Shown one piece after another: positions 29,609-40,331 of a stretch of DNA of 64,000 bases. Every line of letters begins with the position of its first letter. The stretch's first letter is position 1. The notes under the pieces were generated by a model that worked only from the letters and a program-made list of their open reading frames with translations, searched no databases and was not told where the DNA came from. The position numbers and the translations under genes were made by a program. Location of the stretch: NCBI GenBank assembly GCA_946486465.1, contig CAMLTY010000002.1, positions 4,331 through 68,330 on the forward strand, written 5' to 3'. This stretch comes from an uncultured Mycoplasmatota bacterium. GTDB taxonomy: Bacteria; Bacillota_I; Bacilli_A; RF39; UBA660.

Positions 29609-31402
29609 CTACATTTCCAAGAAGTGTTTAACACTTTCTTTACTTTTTCTATCATTTTCTTTTTTCCACTCTTTATACCATTTCATTACTTTATCTTTAT
29701 TGTCTAAACATTTTTTTACCTGTTCAGCAATCAAAACTGGATTCTCTTCATTATTTAAAATAACATAATCTTTTAATTCGGTATTTTTAAAATAATGATG
29801 GTTATTACCAGAAATACAAGGAACGCCTACTTCAAAGCTTTCTAGTGGTAACATTGGTGCGCATTCAGAATATGTAACATATAAATTAATTGTATTCTTA
29901 CTCATTCTAAGAAGTAACTCATCCCTTGGAATTGGTTTATCTAACCCTTCTAATTTTATACCTAAATCATTTGCAAACTTTTTAGCTTCAGCATTTAATG
30001 GTACCATATCAATAACAGCATTAGGTATTAAAGTAGCGCTAGCAAGTTGGGCAAACATATTTTTACGCCAATCATCACATTTTGCAGCATATATACCAAG
30101 TCTAACTACATCCTTTGGAGGATTTGGCTTAATTTTTTTAGGTAAAATAACGTTATTTAATATAAGAGTTGTTTTATAAGCTTCATGTTCATAAAAAGGA
30201 ATAATATTTTCTTTACATGTTGCAAAAACATCAATAATACCTTCTTTATGAAGTTCAATAATCTCAATATTTCTTTTCCACCCATATGGTTCTGATACTT
30301 GAGAGTTTGAACCATGCCAAAATACTTTAACTTTTATTTCAGGATTCTCATCTTTTAAATATATAGCAAGGTCTTTCCAGCCTAGACACATAGCACTAAA
30401 TACTACTTGCTTAACTTTGCTCTCTAAAATTGCATTACCTACTTTTTTTACATCTTTATCTCTTAATAACTCACCACATCTAACCCTACTATCAAAAAGT
30501 TCTATTGTTGCACTAGTTACACCTAACCATTCAGGATTATGCATAACTAAATAATCACTTTTAATATTAGAAATATCATCTAAAGCATTACTTAAATTTT
30601 CTAAATATTTAGGACTAATCTTTCTTTTATGACGTCTATATAAAACTACAGGAAATAAGCACAATTTAGCACCTCTTTTAACATTTCTTTTTATAAAACG
30701 ATATGCTTTTAAAATACGTGCCGTATTTTTAGCTCCAAATTTTCTTACCATTTTCATTTCTATTTGTTCATATTTAGGAATCCAAGTAGCATCAAAATAA
30801 TGAATCATACAAGTGTTTTCTGTAAATTTATTATTTTTAAAATTAAATGATAAAGGGTAAAAATACTCTCTTGGATAAACATATATATTTTTATGCAAGA
30901 CTTGAATTTCATTCTTAGTAGGATCAAAATCAAACTCATCTAAAATCTTTGTAATTATTCTTGGTATAGATATTTTATAAAGATCATCCGTTTCAAAATG
31001 TTCTAAACTTCTATAATAATCAAGCATTCTTTTGGCAAAATATGTCTTAGGTTTAGAAGCTCCCCATACAGCAGCATTAACCATCATAGAATCTTCAACA
31101 CCAAGAAATGTTTCTTTATCAAGTAAAAAATCTATATTCTTAGTAATCATCATATCCGTATCTAAATAAATTCCACCCATCTCATAAATTGCTTTCGTTC
31201 TAACATAATCAGCTACAAAAGCCCACTTTTTATTCTCATAAGCTTCTTTAATAAATGGACATTCATTTAAATCTACATTGTTTTCATTCCATTCGATAAT
31301 TTCAAAATCAGGAAGATATTTCTTCCAACTTTTAATACATTTTTTAGTTAATTTTGTATATGGCTTACCACCAAACCATACCAAATGTATATATTTTTGC
31401 AT
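29609..31402 (-). CDS. bifunctional-looking glycosyltransferase (GT32/DXD N-domain + GT-B-like C-domain)
   Basis: IHLVWFGG...IEWNENN...GGIYLDTDM (DXD), plus C-terminal FEVGVPCISGN. Confidence 0.6.
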   Translation of the reverse strand: MQKYIHLVWFGGKPYTKLTKKCIKSWKKYLPDFEIIEWNENNVDLNECPFIKEAYENKKWAFVADYVRTKAIYEMGGIYLDTDMMITKNIDFLLDKETFLGVEDSMMVNAAVWGASKPKTYFAKRMLDYYRSLEHFETDDLYKISIPRIITKILDEFDFDPTKNEIQVLHKNIYVYPREYFYPLSFNFKNNKFTENTCMIHYFDATWIPKYEQIEMKMVRKFGAKNTARILKAYRFIKRNVKRGAKLCLFPVVLYRRHKRKISPKYLENLSNALDDISNIKSDYLVMHNPEWLGVTSATIELFDSRVRCGELLRDKDVKKVGNAILESKVKQVVFSAMCLGWKDLAIYLKDENPEIKVKVFWHGSNSQVSEPYGWKRNIEIIELHKEGIIDVFATCKENIIPFYEHEAYKTTLILNNVILPKKIKPNPPKDVVRLGIYAAKCDDWRKNMFAQLASATLIPNAVIDMVPLNAEAKKFANDLGIKLEGLDKPIPRDELLLRMSKNTINLYVTYSECAPMLPLESFEVGVPCISGNNHHYFKNTELKDYVILNNEENPVLIAEQVKKCLDNKDKVMKWYKEWKKENDRKSKESVKHFLEM

Positions 31403-31410
31403 AATTCCTC

Positions 31411-32151
31411 CTACTTTTTCATTTGTGAATCATAATATTCTTTACATATTTTATCAGTATCACCAATCTTTACAATTTTACCATGTTCAAGCCAAATAAC
31501 TCTATCACATAATTGCTTAATAGATTCAAGTGAATGTGATACATATAAAACAGTAGTACCGCCTTTAATCATTTCAAGCATTTTTTTCTTACTTTTCTCT
31601 TGAAACTTAATATCACCAACTGACAAAATCTCGTCAACTATTAATATTTCTGGATTAACAATAGTAGCGATAGAAAAAGCAAGTTTCGCAGTCATACCTG
31701 AAGAAAAGTTCTTAACAGGTACATCTAAAAAGTCTCTCAACTCTGAAAACTCAACTATCTCTTCAAATTTGGACTCCAAAAATTCTTTAGAATAACCTAA
31801 TATAGCACCATTCAAGAAAATGTTTTCTCTTGCAGTCAACTCTGAATCAAATCCTGCTCCAAGCTCAATCATTGGCGAAATAACACCATTAACAGTTACT
31901 TTTCCTTTAGTAGGTTTCATAACACCACTTACTACTTTTAATAATGTAGACTTACCAGCACCATTACTACCAATTAATCCTACAACTTCTCCTTTTTTTA
32001 CACTGAATGAAACATCCTTAAGTGCCCAAAATTCCTCTTTTTTCTTCTTAGGTTTATTAAAACTAAAGAAATTAACAAATGCTTGTTTAATAGAGAACTC
32101 TTTTTCAATACCTAAATTAAATTTCATTGATACATGTTCTAACTTAATCAT
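31411..32151 (-). CDS. tagH: TagH/Wzt-type polysaccharide/teichoic-acid ABC exporter ATPase
   Basis: Walker A GSNGAGKST, signature FSSGMTAK, Walker B ILIVDE. Confidence 0.85.
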   Translation of the reverse strand: MIKLEHVSMKFNLGIEKEFSIKQAFVNFFSFNKPKKKKEEFWALKDVSFSVKKGEVVGLIGSNGAGKSTLLKVVSGVMKPTKGKVTVNGVISPMIELGAGFDSELTARENIFLNGAILGYSKEFLESKFEEIVEFSELRDFLDVPVKNFSSGMTAKLAFSIATIVNPEILIVDEILSVGDIKFQEKSKKKMLEMIKGGTTVLYVSHSLESIKQLCDRVIWLEHGKIVKIGDTDKICKEYYDSQMKK

Positions 32152-32162
32152 AAACTTCCTCC

Positions 32163-32975
32163 TTATACATAGTAGATAAATTTATCTTGATTTTTCTTAA
32201 ATACAATTGCCCCTATTGCTAAAGTAACTAAAGCAATAACACCTAATAATACCAAGACCAAAATAGAAGGTGCCCTACCATATAAAACTATTTCTCTTGC
32301 AGCAGTTAAAAACTGATATAGAGGATTAAATTTAAATAAGGTTTGTAAAGTAGCAGGTAATATTTCAATGCTATAAAAAACTGGGGTTAAATAATTCCAC
32401 ATAGTTAAAACAATTCCATAAATATAAAATACATCTCTTAAAAATACAGAAACACATGATAAGAATAAACTTACTCCAACTGTAAATATAAAGAAACATA
32501 AAAATATATAAGGTAAAAGTAAATAATAAACATTAAAACTACATGGATATTGTCCAAGACCAAAATTTGATAAAACAATGATTGCTAACCAGGGAATTAA
32601 TGTTAAAACAAAGTTAATACCTACAAAGATACATTTCGCTACAGGGAAAATATATTTAGGTATATATACCTTATTTATAAGTGAAAAATTAGAAACAACA
32701 GATGTCATCGCTGTATTAGATGCTTCACTAAAATAATTCCACATAATGATACCTGTCATTAAGTAAACAATATAATTTACCCCTTCTACTTGGAATCTAA
32801 ACATCTGAGAAAAAACAATAGCCATTACTGTCAATAGTAATATAGGATATAAAAGACTCCATACTACACCTAAAACAGATCTTTTATATTTAACTTTAAA
32901 ATCTCTAGATATTAATTGAGTCATTAAAAACCAATAATGTTTAAAATTTGCAATTATATTTTTCATATTTGTCAT
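32163..32975 (-). CDS. tagG: TagG/Wzm-type ABC-2 exporter permease
   Basis: 270 aa, 6 TM, adjacent to the tagH-like gene. Confidence 0.8.
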   Translation of the reverse strand: MTNMKNIIANFKHYWFLMTQLISRDFKVKYKRSVLGVVWSLLYPILLLTVMAIVFSQMFRFQVEGVNYIVYLMTGIIMWNYFSEASNTAMTSVVSNFSLINKVYIPKYIFPVAKCIFVGINFVLTLIPWLAIIVLSNFGLGQYPCSFNVYYLLLPYIFLCFFIFTVGVSLFLSCVSVFLRDVFYIYGIVLTMWNYLTPVFYSIEILPATLQTLFKFNPLYQFLTAAREIVLYGRAPSILVLVLLGVIALVTLAIGAIVFKKNQDKFIYYV

Positions 32976-33073
32976 TTAACTACACCTCACAATAATAATA
33001 ACATATATTATTAATTATTTCAAAATAAAGCTGGATATTAGATAAATTATTTAATATCCAGCGATCGCTTTTA

Positions 33074-35629
33074 TTAAAACCAAACACTTGCATCAACATT
33101 ACCTTCAATGCCTGGAATAGATTCACTTGATGAATATTGCCAACCAATATAATTACCATCATAATAACAATAATGATTATATTGGGCTATCCAAGTAATT
33201 AGACTTCTTAAATAATCTGAATTTAATACCGTATCAGCATAATCCTTATATGTATATATTTTAGATATAGAACCATACCCTGCATTAGTCATAGTATTCA
33301 TGAATCCTCTTGTTACTTGCTCATACTCATAAGTACCCATATAACTTGTAATACCATTACTTTCTAAATCAAGAAAAATTCCTAAAGTTGGGTTCATATT
33401 ATATTTTCTTATCATCTCTAATGTAAAATTGGCATACAATACTCCCTCATTATAATTTTCTGCATAACTGTATATATAGATGCCATATGGTATTCCTAAT
33501 CGTTGTAACTCTCTTATATTTCTAGCAAGCATAGCGTCTTCTTCTTCACAACCAGCTGCTATTCTTAAAATTACACCGTCTACTCCACCTTGACTTATGA
33601 CAGTATCCCAATCAATAACACCTTGGTAAGCAGAAACATCGATTACTTTCTTTACATTTTCTCCAATCATAATCCCGAGAGAATTAAAGAAATACTTCTT
33701 ACCAGTAATAGTTACCCAATCATTAGCATAGGTACCATCAGGATAATAATATCTGATATTACCATCAGTATCAGTAACAAAGCCATCACGTAATTTGCCA
33801 TCAGCATTAAAAACATAATTAACATTATCTATTGTTTTTTCTCCAACTGTCATCTCTCCAGTACTGAGGTCAAAATAATACATATATCCATCAATTAAAA
33901 CCCAACTGGTACGCATATGTCCATCATCTCTACTAAAAAATCTAGTTATTCCGTCTACAACTTGAAAACCTGTTTGCATTATACCAGACTCATTAAAATA
34001 ATAATACTTATCATCTATCCAAATAAATCCTATTCTCATTTCATGATTATTAATACGACTAAAGAAATAAGTATTTTTTTCATATACTATAAACCCGTAT
34101 TCTTGTATGCCATCATTATTGAAATAATATTTATTATTATCTATTTGCACAATACCTATTTGCATTTTACCAGTTGTAGCATCAAAATAACGAGTTCCTT
34201 CTTTCATATTAATCCAACCAGTTTGCATTATACCTTCTGTATCAAAATAATAGTAATAATCATCTATCCAAAAAAAACCTGTCCTTAATCTTCCATCATC
34301 TCTACTAAAGAAATAAGTATTTCCATCTATTACTTGAAAACCAGTCAACATTACACCAAAACTATCAAAATAATAAGTTTCTTTACCTATATTTTGTAAG
34401 CCTATTTTAGCAATGCCAGTTTTAGAATCAAAATAATATGTTTTATTATCAATTTTTTGCCACTTAGTTAACATATTTCCATATTCATCAAAGCCATAGA
34501 AATCTTGACCAATTTGGGTTAAAGATGTAGCCATTTTACCATCAGGAAGAAAATACCTATCATTACCTTTTATCTTATGCCAACCAGTTTGCATTATTCC
34601 TTTATTATCAAAATAATAGTAATAATTGTCTATCCAAAAAAAGCCTGTTTTCAATGGATTATCATTATCTCTACTAAAAAAATAGGTATTACCGTCTATT
34701 GTGCGAAAACCTTTCGCACGGTTGCCATCTGTATCAAAGTAATATTTATTATTTCCTTCACTATACCAACCAGTTTGCATTATACCATCTGTACCAAAAT
34801 TATAATACTCATCATCTATCCAAGTAATTCCTACTTTCATCTCATTATTACCTTCTCTACTGAAGAAATAAGTATTACCATCTATTATTTGAAACCCTTT
34901 TACTCTTTTACCATCTAAACCAAAATATGATTTCTTGCCATTACTCTCATACCATGTATTAACTTTCATTATACCATCTGTACCAAAGTTATAATATTCA
35001 TCATCTATCCAAGTAATCCCTACTTTCATCCCATTATTACCTTCTCTACTGAAGAAATAAGTATTACCATCTATTGTTTGAAAGCCTTTTACTCTTTTAC
35101 CATCTAAACCAAAATATGATCTCTCTCCATTACTCTCATACCATGTATTAACTTTCATTATACCATCTGTACCAAAGTTATAATATTCATCATCTATCCA
35201 AGTAATCCCTACTTTCATCCCATTATTACCTTCTCTACTGAAGAAATAAGTATTACCATCTATTGTTTGAAAAGCTTTCACTCTTTTACCATCCGAACCG
35301 AAATAACTTCTTTCTCCGTTTGCGTCATACCAACTGTTAACTTGCATAATACCATCAGAGCCAAAGTTATAATATTCATCATCTATCCAAGTAATTCCTA
35401 CTTTCATTTCATGATTACCTTCTCTACTAAAGAAATAAGTATTTTCATCTATCACTTGAAAACCAGTTTGTTTAACGCCATTAACATAATAGTATGTATA
35501 ACCATTTTCAGTCACCAAGCCATTCAATGCACTATATGTACTTTCTACATTATTTATTTCATCTGCATTAACTGTAAATGGAAAAACCATAAATAATGCC
35601 ACTAAAAATACAAATATCCTTTTCTTCAT
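33074..35629 (-). CDS. secreted cell-wall-binding-repeat protein with C-terminal GH25 muramidase
   Basis: Signal peptide. More than 15 CW_binding_1-type repeats (TYFFSREGN..., YYNFGTDGIM..). GH25 region VIDVSAYQGVIDWD...GVILRIA...GIYIYSYA. Confidence 0.8.
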   Translation of the reverse strand: MKKRIFVFLVALFMVFPFTVNADEINNVESTYSALNGLVTENGYTYYYVNGVKQTGFQVIDENTYFFSREGNHEMKVGITWIDDEYYNFGSDGIMQVNSWYDANGERSYFGSDGKRVKAFQTIDGNTYFFSREGNNGMKVGITWIDDEYYNFGTDGIMKVNTWYESNGERSYFGLDGKRVKGFQTIDGNTYFFSREGNNGMKVGITWIDDEYYNFGTDGIMKVNTWYESNGKKSYFGLDGKRVKGFQIIDGNTYFFSREGNNEMKVGITWIDDEYYNFGTDGIMQTGWYSEGNNKYYFDTDGNRAKGFRTIDGNTYFFSRDNDNPLKTGFFWIDNYYYYFDNKGIMQTGWHKIKGNDRYFLPDGKMATSLTQIGQDFYGFDEYGNMLTKWQKIDNKTYYFDSKTGIAKIGLQNIGKETYYFDSFGVMLTGFQVIDGNTYFFSRDDGRLRTGFFWIDDYYYYFDTEGIMQTGWINMKEGTRYFDATTGKMQIGIVQIDNNKYYFNNDGIQEYGFIVYEKNTYFFSRINNHEMRIGFIWIDDKYYYFNESGIMQTGFQVVDGITRFFSRDDGHMRTSWVLIDGYMYYFDLSTGEMTVGEKTIDNVNYVFNADGKLRDGFVTDTDGNIRYYYPDGTYANDWVTITGKKYFFNSLGIMIGENVKKVIDVSAYQGVIDWDTVISQGGVDGVILRIAAGCEEEDAMLARNIRELQRLGIPYGIYIYSYAENYNEGVLYANFTLEMIRKYNMNPTLGIFLDLESNGITSYMGTYEYEQVTRGFMNTMTNAGYGSISKIYTYKDYADTVLNSDYLRSLITWIAQYNHYCYYDGNYIGWQYSSSESIPGIEGNVDASVWF
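34709..35464. repeat. four near-identical tandem 189-bp (63-aa) intragenic repeats
   Basis: TGAAGAAATAAGTATTACCATCTATT recurs at 34861, 35050 and 35239. Protein unit: GFQTIDGNTYFFSREGNNGMKVGITWIDDEYYNFGTDGIMKVNTWYESNGERSYFGLDGKRVK. Confidence 0.8.
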
Positions 35630-35632
35630 AAT

Positions 35633-36574
35633 TTACCTCCTATATAAATCACAGTATAATTTACTTAATGTCTTACTCTTTTCTATAAATGATTTTAACA
35701 TACTTCTTTCTTTAAAGTAAATATTACTCTTATAATTAGGAATATTTTTTTCTATATAAGAAAAACTCTTATTAATAAATTCATTTCTCATATTTTTATT
35801 CTTTATGTATCTTTGTTGTATATTATAATTAACTAATATTTTAATAGTTAAAGTATCAATAACTTCTCTACTCCAATCATCATCTTTAAAATAATTTCTA
35901 ATAATATCAACTATCTTTATAATATCAAAAACTCTTTTATCCCTAACTGTAGTCTCACTACTATCATGAATAGTATAATTAATTAAAGTTTTATCTACTT
36001 TACCTATTTTTTTAGATTTTAATAGAGATAATGCTACAAAAGGAGCATCCTCATACTTTAAATCTTCTATAAACTTAATATTATTATCTTTAAGTAAATC
36101 ACTTCTATAAATCTTATTCCAAGGAGCAAGATTAATATTTAATAACAAATTAGGATTATCTTTTAAATTAGTATTTTTAAAACTAATAATTTTTTCTACT
36201 TCTTTAGAATTACTATCTACTCTATAAAAATCACATACAACAACATCCAACTTTTCTTTTTCTATCTTTTTATATAATACTTCACAAGCATTCTCTTCTA
36301 AATAATCATCACTATCTAAAAACATAATATATTTACCGCTAGCATTATTAATACCAAAGTTCCTTGTCTTACCAATACCATGATTACTTCTTTTATAGTA
36401 TTTAATTCTATCATCACTATAACTCTTAATAATAGATTCACTATCATCAGTAGAACCATCATTAATAAGAATAAATTCTAACTCTTTTTTAGTTTGATTA
36501 ACTAAAGAATCTAAACACTTCTTTAAATATTTACTAGCATTATAAATTGGTACTATTATACTTATATCAACCAT
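35633..36574 (-). CDS. family 2 glycosyltransferase
   Basis: ISIIVPIYNASKYLKKCLDSLVNQT...INDGSTD...LDSDD. Start set at ATG 36574 (GGAGG RBS). Confidence 0.8.
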   Translation of the reverse strand: MVDISIIVPIYNASKYLKKCLDSLVNQTKKELEFILINDGSTDDSESIIKSYSDDRIKYYKRSNHGIGKTRNFGINNASGKYIMFLDSDDYLEENACEVLYKKIEKEKLDVVVCDFYRVDSNSKEVEKIISFKNTNLKDNPNLLLNINLAPWNKIYRSDLLKDNNIKFIEDLKYEDAPFVALSLLKSKKIGKVDKTLINYTIHDSSETTVRDKRVFDIIKIVDIIRNYFKDDDWSREVIDTLTIKILVNYNIQQRYIKNKNMRNEFINKSFSYIEKNIPNYKSNIYFKERSMLKSFIEKSKTLSKLYCDLYRR

Positions 36575-36587
36575 AACTACCTCCAAA

Positions 36588-37076
36588 TCATTTCTTCTCA
36601 TAAACATATTTATTACCATACTGATAATAATCTATCGCATCCATAATTCTCTCATTATCAGGGTTTTCTTTTAAAATAGTTTCTATCTCATCACTCATAA
36701 GCTTATACCCCATAATAAACCGTTCTACCCTAAGAGGATTAGCATTTTTTATATAATTAATTATCTCTTCTCTTGTCAAGACATGTTCAATATAAATATG
36801 GTCTGTTACATACAAATCATAATAACCATAATAATCATCGTATGATTCTAATACATCACCTAAAGCCATTACTTTAGCAATTTCAATTTCTTCCTCAAAA
36901 CCATTATAATATCTTAAACAGTCCTCTAACCTTTCTGCAAAGTGAAAACCATAACCATAAATACCATATTTCAACTCTTGTTCCCTAGTATCAACTTTAT
37001 AATCTTTATGCTCTTCAAATTTCATTCCATAAGCATTAACAAGTCCTTTACTAAAACCTTTATACCCTTCTATCAT
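36588..37076 (-). CDS. hypothetical soluble protein embedded between two GT2 genes
   Basis: 162 aa, MIEGYKGFSKGLVNAYGMKFEE...GYGFHFAERLEDCLRYY. ATGA overlap with the upstream GT2 stop at 37076. Confidence 0.4.
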   Translation of the reverse strand: MIEGYKGFSKGLVNAYGMKFEEHKDYKVDTREQELKYGIYGYGFHFAERLEDCLRYYNGFEEEIEIAKVMALGDVLESYDDYYGYYDLYVTDHIYIEHVLTREEIINYIKNANPLRVERFIMGYKLMSDEIETILKENPDNERIMDAIDYYQYGNKYVYEKK

Positions 37077-37996
37077 TAGAATCTCCTATAATATAGTCTA
37101 GGGCTAATTTTAACTAAAGTATTTTTTATTTTTCTTCCTAAACTATCACTTAGCAAATTATCAAAGACTTTATCTTTCTTTAATTTAGTTAAAGCCTCTT
37201 TATAATCTTTTCCCTTTAACTCCGTTATCTTTAAAATTAAACTATTACTAATAAAACTCATAAAATAAGTTTTATCTAATTTAGTTTTATTTATCTCTTC
37301 AGTTAAATATAAATAATGATTATAAAAGTCTTTAACTTTCTTTTTAGTCTTATCATAATCATTATCATTCATTATACTACCACTTCTTTGATAATAACAA
37401 TATCCTACATAATTAATACTATTAACTACTTTAGATTTAATAATAACTAAAGGTATAAGTCCAAAATCTTCATGATAAGTATTTTTTTTAAAAGAAAACT
37501 TTTCTTTTAAATAATACTCTCTTTTAATGGCATAAGCCCAAGCATTTTCTACAAAGTGATATTTAGTAATTAATTTAAAAGCCTCTACTCCATTTTTATT
37601 ATAAAAAGGAACTTCTTCATAGTTAACATCATCTTTATCATCAAATACTTCTTTTATTTGATATCTTACTAAATCAGGATTATTAAATAATGATTTATCT
37701 ATTTCTTTTAATAAATCCTTTTCTATATAATCATCACTATCTAAAAATATTAGATAATCTCCACTAGATGCCTTAACCCCATTATTACGAGCCACACTTA
37801 GTCCCTGATTTTCTTGATTTATAACTTTAAAAGGATATTTACTAATAATAGAACTACTCTTATCAGTAGAACCATCATTAACAATAATAACTTCATAATC
37901 TTTAAAACTCTGACTCTTTATACTATCTAAACATCTTTTAAGATATTTTTCTGTATTATAAACAGGAACAATAATACTAAACTTAGGCTTTTTCAT
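37076..37996 (-). CDS. family 2 glycosyltransferase
   Basis: FSIIVPVYNTEKYLKRCLDSIKSQS...VNDGSTD...LDSDD. Confidence 0.8.
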   Translation of the reverse strand: MKKPKFSIIVPVYNTEKYLKRCLDSIKSQSFKDYEVIIVNDGSTDKSSSIISKYPFKVINQENQGLSVARNNGVKASSGDYLIFLDSDDYIEKDLLKEIDKSLFNNPDLVRYQIKEVFDDKDDVNYEEVPFYNKNGVEAFKLITKYHFVENAWAYAIKREYYLKEKFSFKKNTYHEDFGLIPLVIIKSKVVNSINYVGYCYYQRSGSIMNDNDYDKTKKKVKDFYNHYLYLTEEINKTKLDKTYFMSFISNSLILKITELKGKDYKEALTKLKKDKVFDNLLSDSLGRKIKNTLVKISPRLYYRRF

Positions 37997-40320
37997 TAAA
38001 ACTCACCCCCATCAAAGATAGTCTCTAACTTTTTCATCCGTTTATCTTGTATTTCTTCTATATCTAAAGATACTTCTCTCTTTTCTTTACTTTTTAATAT
38101 TTCCTTAACTTTTTCTATCATCTTCTTTTCATTAAAAGGAATAACTTCTCCATAATTTTTACCTATCTTTATCATATCATCACTAACTTTAATTGTTGTA
38201 ATAAGTTTTTTCTTTAAAGCAAGTCCTTCTAAATAAACAACAGGGAATCCTTCATAATTAGAGGTTAATATTAAATAATCGCACTTTTTAATATAAGGAT
38301 AAGGATTTATTTTAGAACCTATAAAAACAACTCTATCTTTTATTTTAAGCCTCTTAACTTCTTTAACATAATCATCTTTACTAGGACCATCTCCTACTAC
38401 CCAAAGTACAACATCATCAATACTTTCCACTAATTTAAAAGCTCTACCTAACTTCTTAGAAACATCATCAAGCCTTCCTACAAAGACAAATAAAGTCTTA
38501 CCTCTTGGTTTAGTTAGAGAAATCTTCTCTTTACTTAAAAATTCTATTTTCTCTACATCAATAAAATTATTAAAGACTAAACATCTATCTTTTAATCCAG
38601 GATATATCTTAGTAAACTTACGACAAGCTTCATTAGAAACAAAGAATATTGTTTTAAAATAATAGATATCTCTTGTATCAAAGAACCTTCTAAAGTCTTC
38701 TAAATCAGGATAAATATAACTATAATCACTATGAATATAAATAGAATTATTTAAAGATGCTATTCTTGCTATTTTATTACCACTATAACTATAAGTAGCA
38801 TAACAACAACTAAAGTCATAGGTATGATAATTAAAGATTGAATAAGCACATCTTCTTAATAGATTAATAACTTTTCTAATAACTTTATTTTTATTATTAG
38901 AAACCTTAAACTCTTTTACTTCTATAGATTTATCTAACTTCTCTAAAAGTTCTCCTTCTTTTTCTTCTAATATTATAGTTACTCTATATTTATCTTTATC
39001 TATTCTATTAACTAAATTAACTAAAGACTTTTCAATTCCCCCAATATTTAAATTAACACCAGTAAATAACAACTCCTTTTTATCTTTTTTAGTAAGTGAT
39101 AAAAGAAGAAAACAAACTATAAGACTAACAGAAGGTGCAGTTATAATATGACCTGTAAATAATGATAATACAATTACTAAGAAAAGACTTAAATATAACA
39201 TTAATTGTCTAAATGAAAAACTATTTCGTTCTTGTAAGACTGATATTAAAATGTATAAATATGGTACAAAGAAAATAATAAACCCTACTATACCTTGATT
39301 ATAATAAACATCGAAATAATCCATCTCTATACTTTTTAACTCTTTACCATTATCTTTATAATAGCCAATTCCAAATAACTTTTGATAAGGATTAGCATTA
39401 TCATAAAGCCTATCTTTATTGTGTAAGAAAGTTAATCTTTGACTAAAGATAAAATGATCTACTAATCTCTCCTCTTTAAAGATATCAAAGATATTATCAA
39501 CCTTTAAATAATCAAGATGTACTTCTATATTCTTATAGAAACTAGTTCTAGGAGCGATTACAATAACTACTAAAGATAATGCTACTATAATAGCAGTAAA
39601 AGTTGTAACAACATGATATTTTTTATCTTTAAAGGCTTTATATAGTATATAAATAAAGACAACACAAAGACTTATTATTAAAGCAAGTAAAGGGGTCTTT
39701 GTCCCTACACTTAATATTACAACAAAATAGATAAAAGTAATAAATAGTTTAAAAATTACATTTTTACTCTCATAAAAAATAATAAATAAAATAGGTGTTA
39801 AAATAGCGATAATTGCACTAATCTCATTAGCAGAATTATAAAAACCAAGTGTCCCTTCTTTAGTAATTGCATAACTTTCAAAACCTATGCCTAATGCTAG
39901 AGGTATAAATATAAGTATTAAATATAAACAAAGAGTTATAACTAAACTAATATTACTAATCTTAATCTCTTTTCTTATACTAAATAAAGATAATAGTAAT
40001 AAAGGAAAATAAAACATTCTAACTGTATTTTGAATCTCTCTAAAGTAATTAGGATTATCTTTAAAAAGAGCCAAGCCTAAGATAAAGAGCAACAGATAAA
40101 TACCAAATATTCCATAGTATAATAAATTATTCTTTTTATTATAAATAAAAGTTGTAACGTAAAAAATAAAGAATAAGAAAAGTATTCTTAAAATTAGTCC
40201 TAAAGTTAAACTAACATCAAAAATATGTAACATTACTCCTGTTACAAAATCAATTATAGGGCCACTTAAAAGAAATAACATACATATTATACTTATATTT
40301 TTTTTTATAAAAGAAGACAT
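37996..40320 (-). CDS. fusion of O-antigen ligase/polymerase-like membrane domain and GT4 (GT-B) glycosyltransferase
   Basis: About 400 aa with 10-12 TM, then a GT-B domain ending ...SNYEGFPVVYLEGLALKKKLI. Confidence 0.6.
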   Translation of the reverse strand: MSSFIKKNISIICMLFLLSGPIIDFVTGVMLHIFDVSLTLGLILRILFLFFIFYVTTFIYNKKNNLLYYGIFGIYLLLFILGLALFKDNPNYFREIQNTVRMFYFPLLLLSLFSIRKEIKISNISLVITLCLYLILIFIPLALGIGFESYAITKEGTLGFYNSANEISAIIAILTPILFIIFYESKNVIFKLFITFIYFVVILSVGTKTPLLALIISLCVVFIYILYKAFKDKKYHVVTTFTAIIVALSLVVIVIAPRTSFYKNIEVHLDYLKVDNIFDIFKEERLVDHFIFSQRLTFLHNKDRLYDNANPYQKLFGIGYYKDNGKELKSIEMDYFDVYYNQGIVGFIIFFVPYLYILISVLQERNSFSFRQLMLYLSLFLVIVLSLFTGHIITAPSVSLIVCFLLLSLTKKDKKELLFTGVNLNIGGIEKSLVNLVNRIDKDKYRVTIILEEKEGELLEKLDKSIEVKEFKVSNNKNKVIRKVINLLRRCAYSIFNYHTYDFSCCYATYSYSGNKIARIASLNNSIYIHSDYSYIYPDLEDFRRFFDTRDIYYFKTIFFVSNEACRKFTKIYPGLKDRCLVFNNFIDVEKIEFLSKEKISLTKPRGKTLFVFVGRLDDVSKKLGRAFKLVESIDDVVLWVVGDGPSKDDYVKEVKRLKIKDRVVFIGSKINPYPYIKKCDYLILTSNYEGFPVVYLEGLALKKKLITTIKVSDDMIKIGKNYGEVIPFNEKKMIEKVKEILKSKEKREVSLDIEEIQDKRMKKLETIFDGGEF

Positions 40321-40331
40321 ACTATCACTTC

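Noticed and set aside
33590-35596. Several plus-strand ORFs (33590, 33917, 34577, 35267) opposite the GH25/cell-wall-binding gene.
   Set aside because: These are antisense shadows of a repetitive AT-rich coding region. Their translations are I/Y/F-rich low complexity and they have no RBS.
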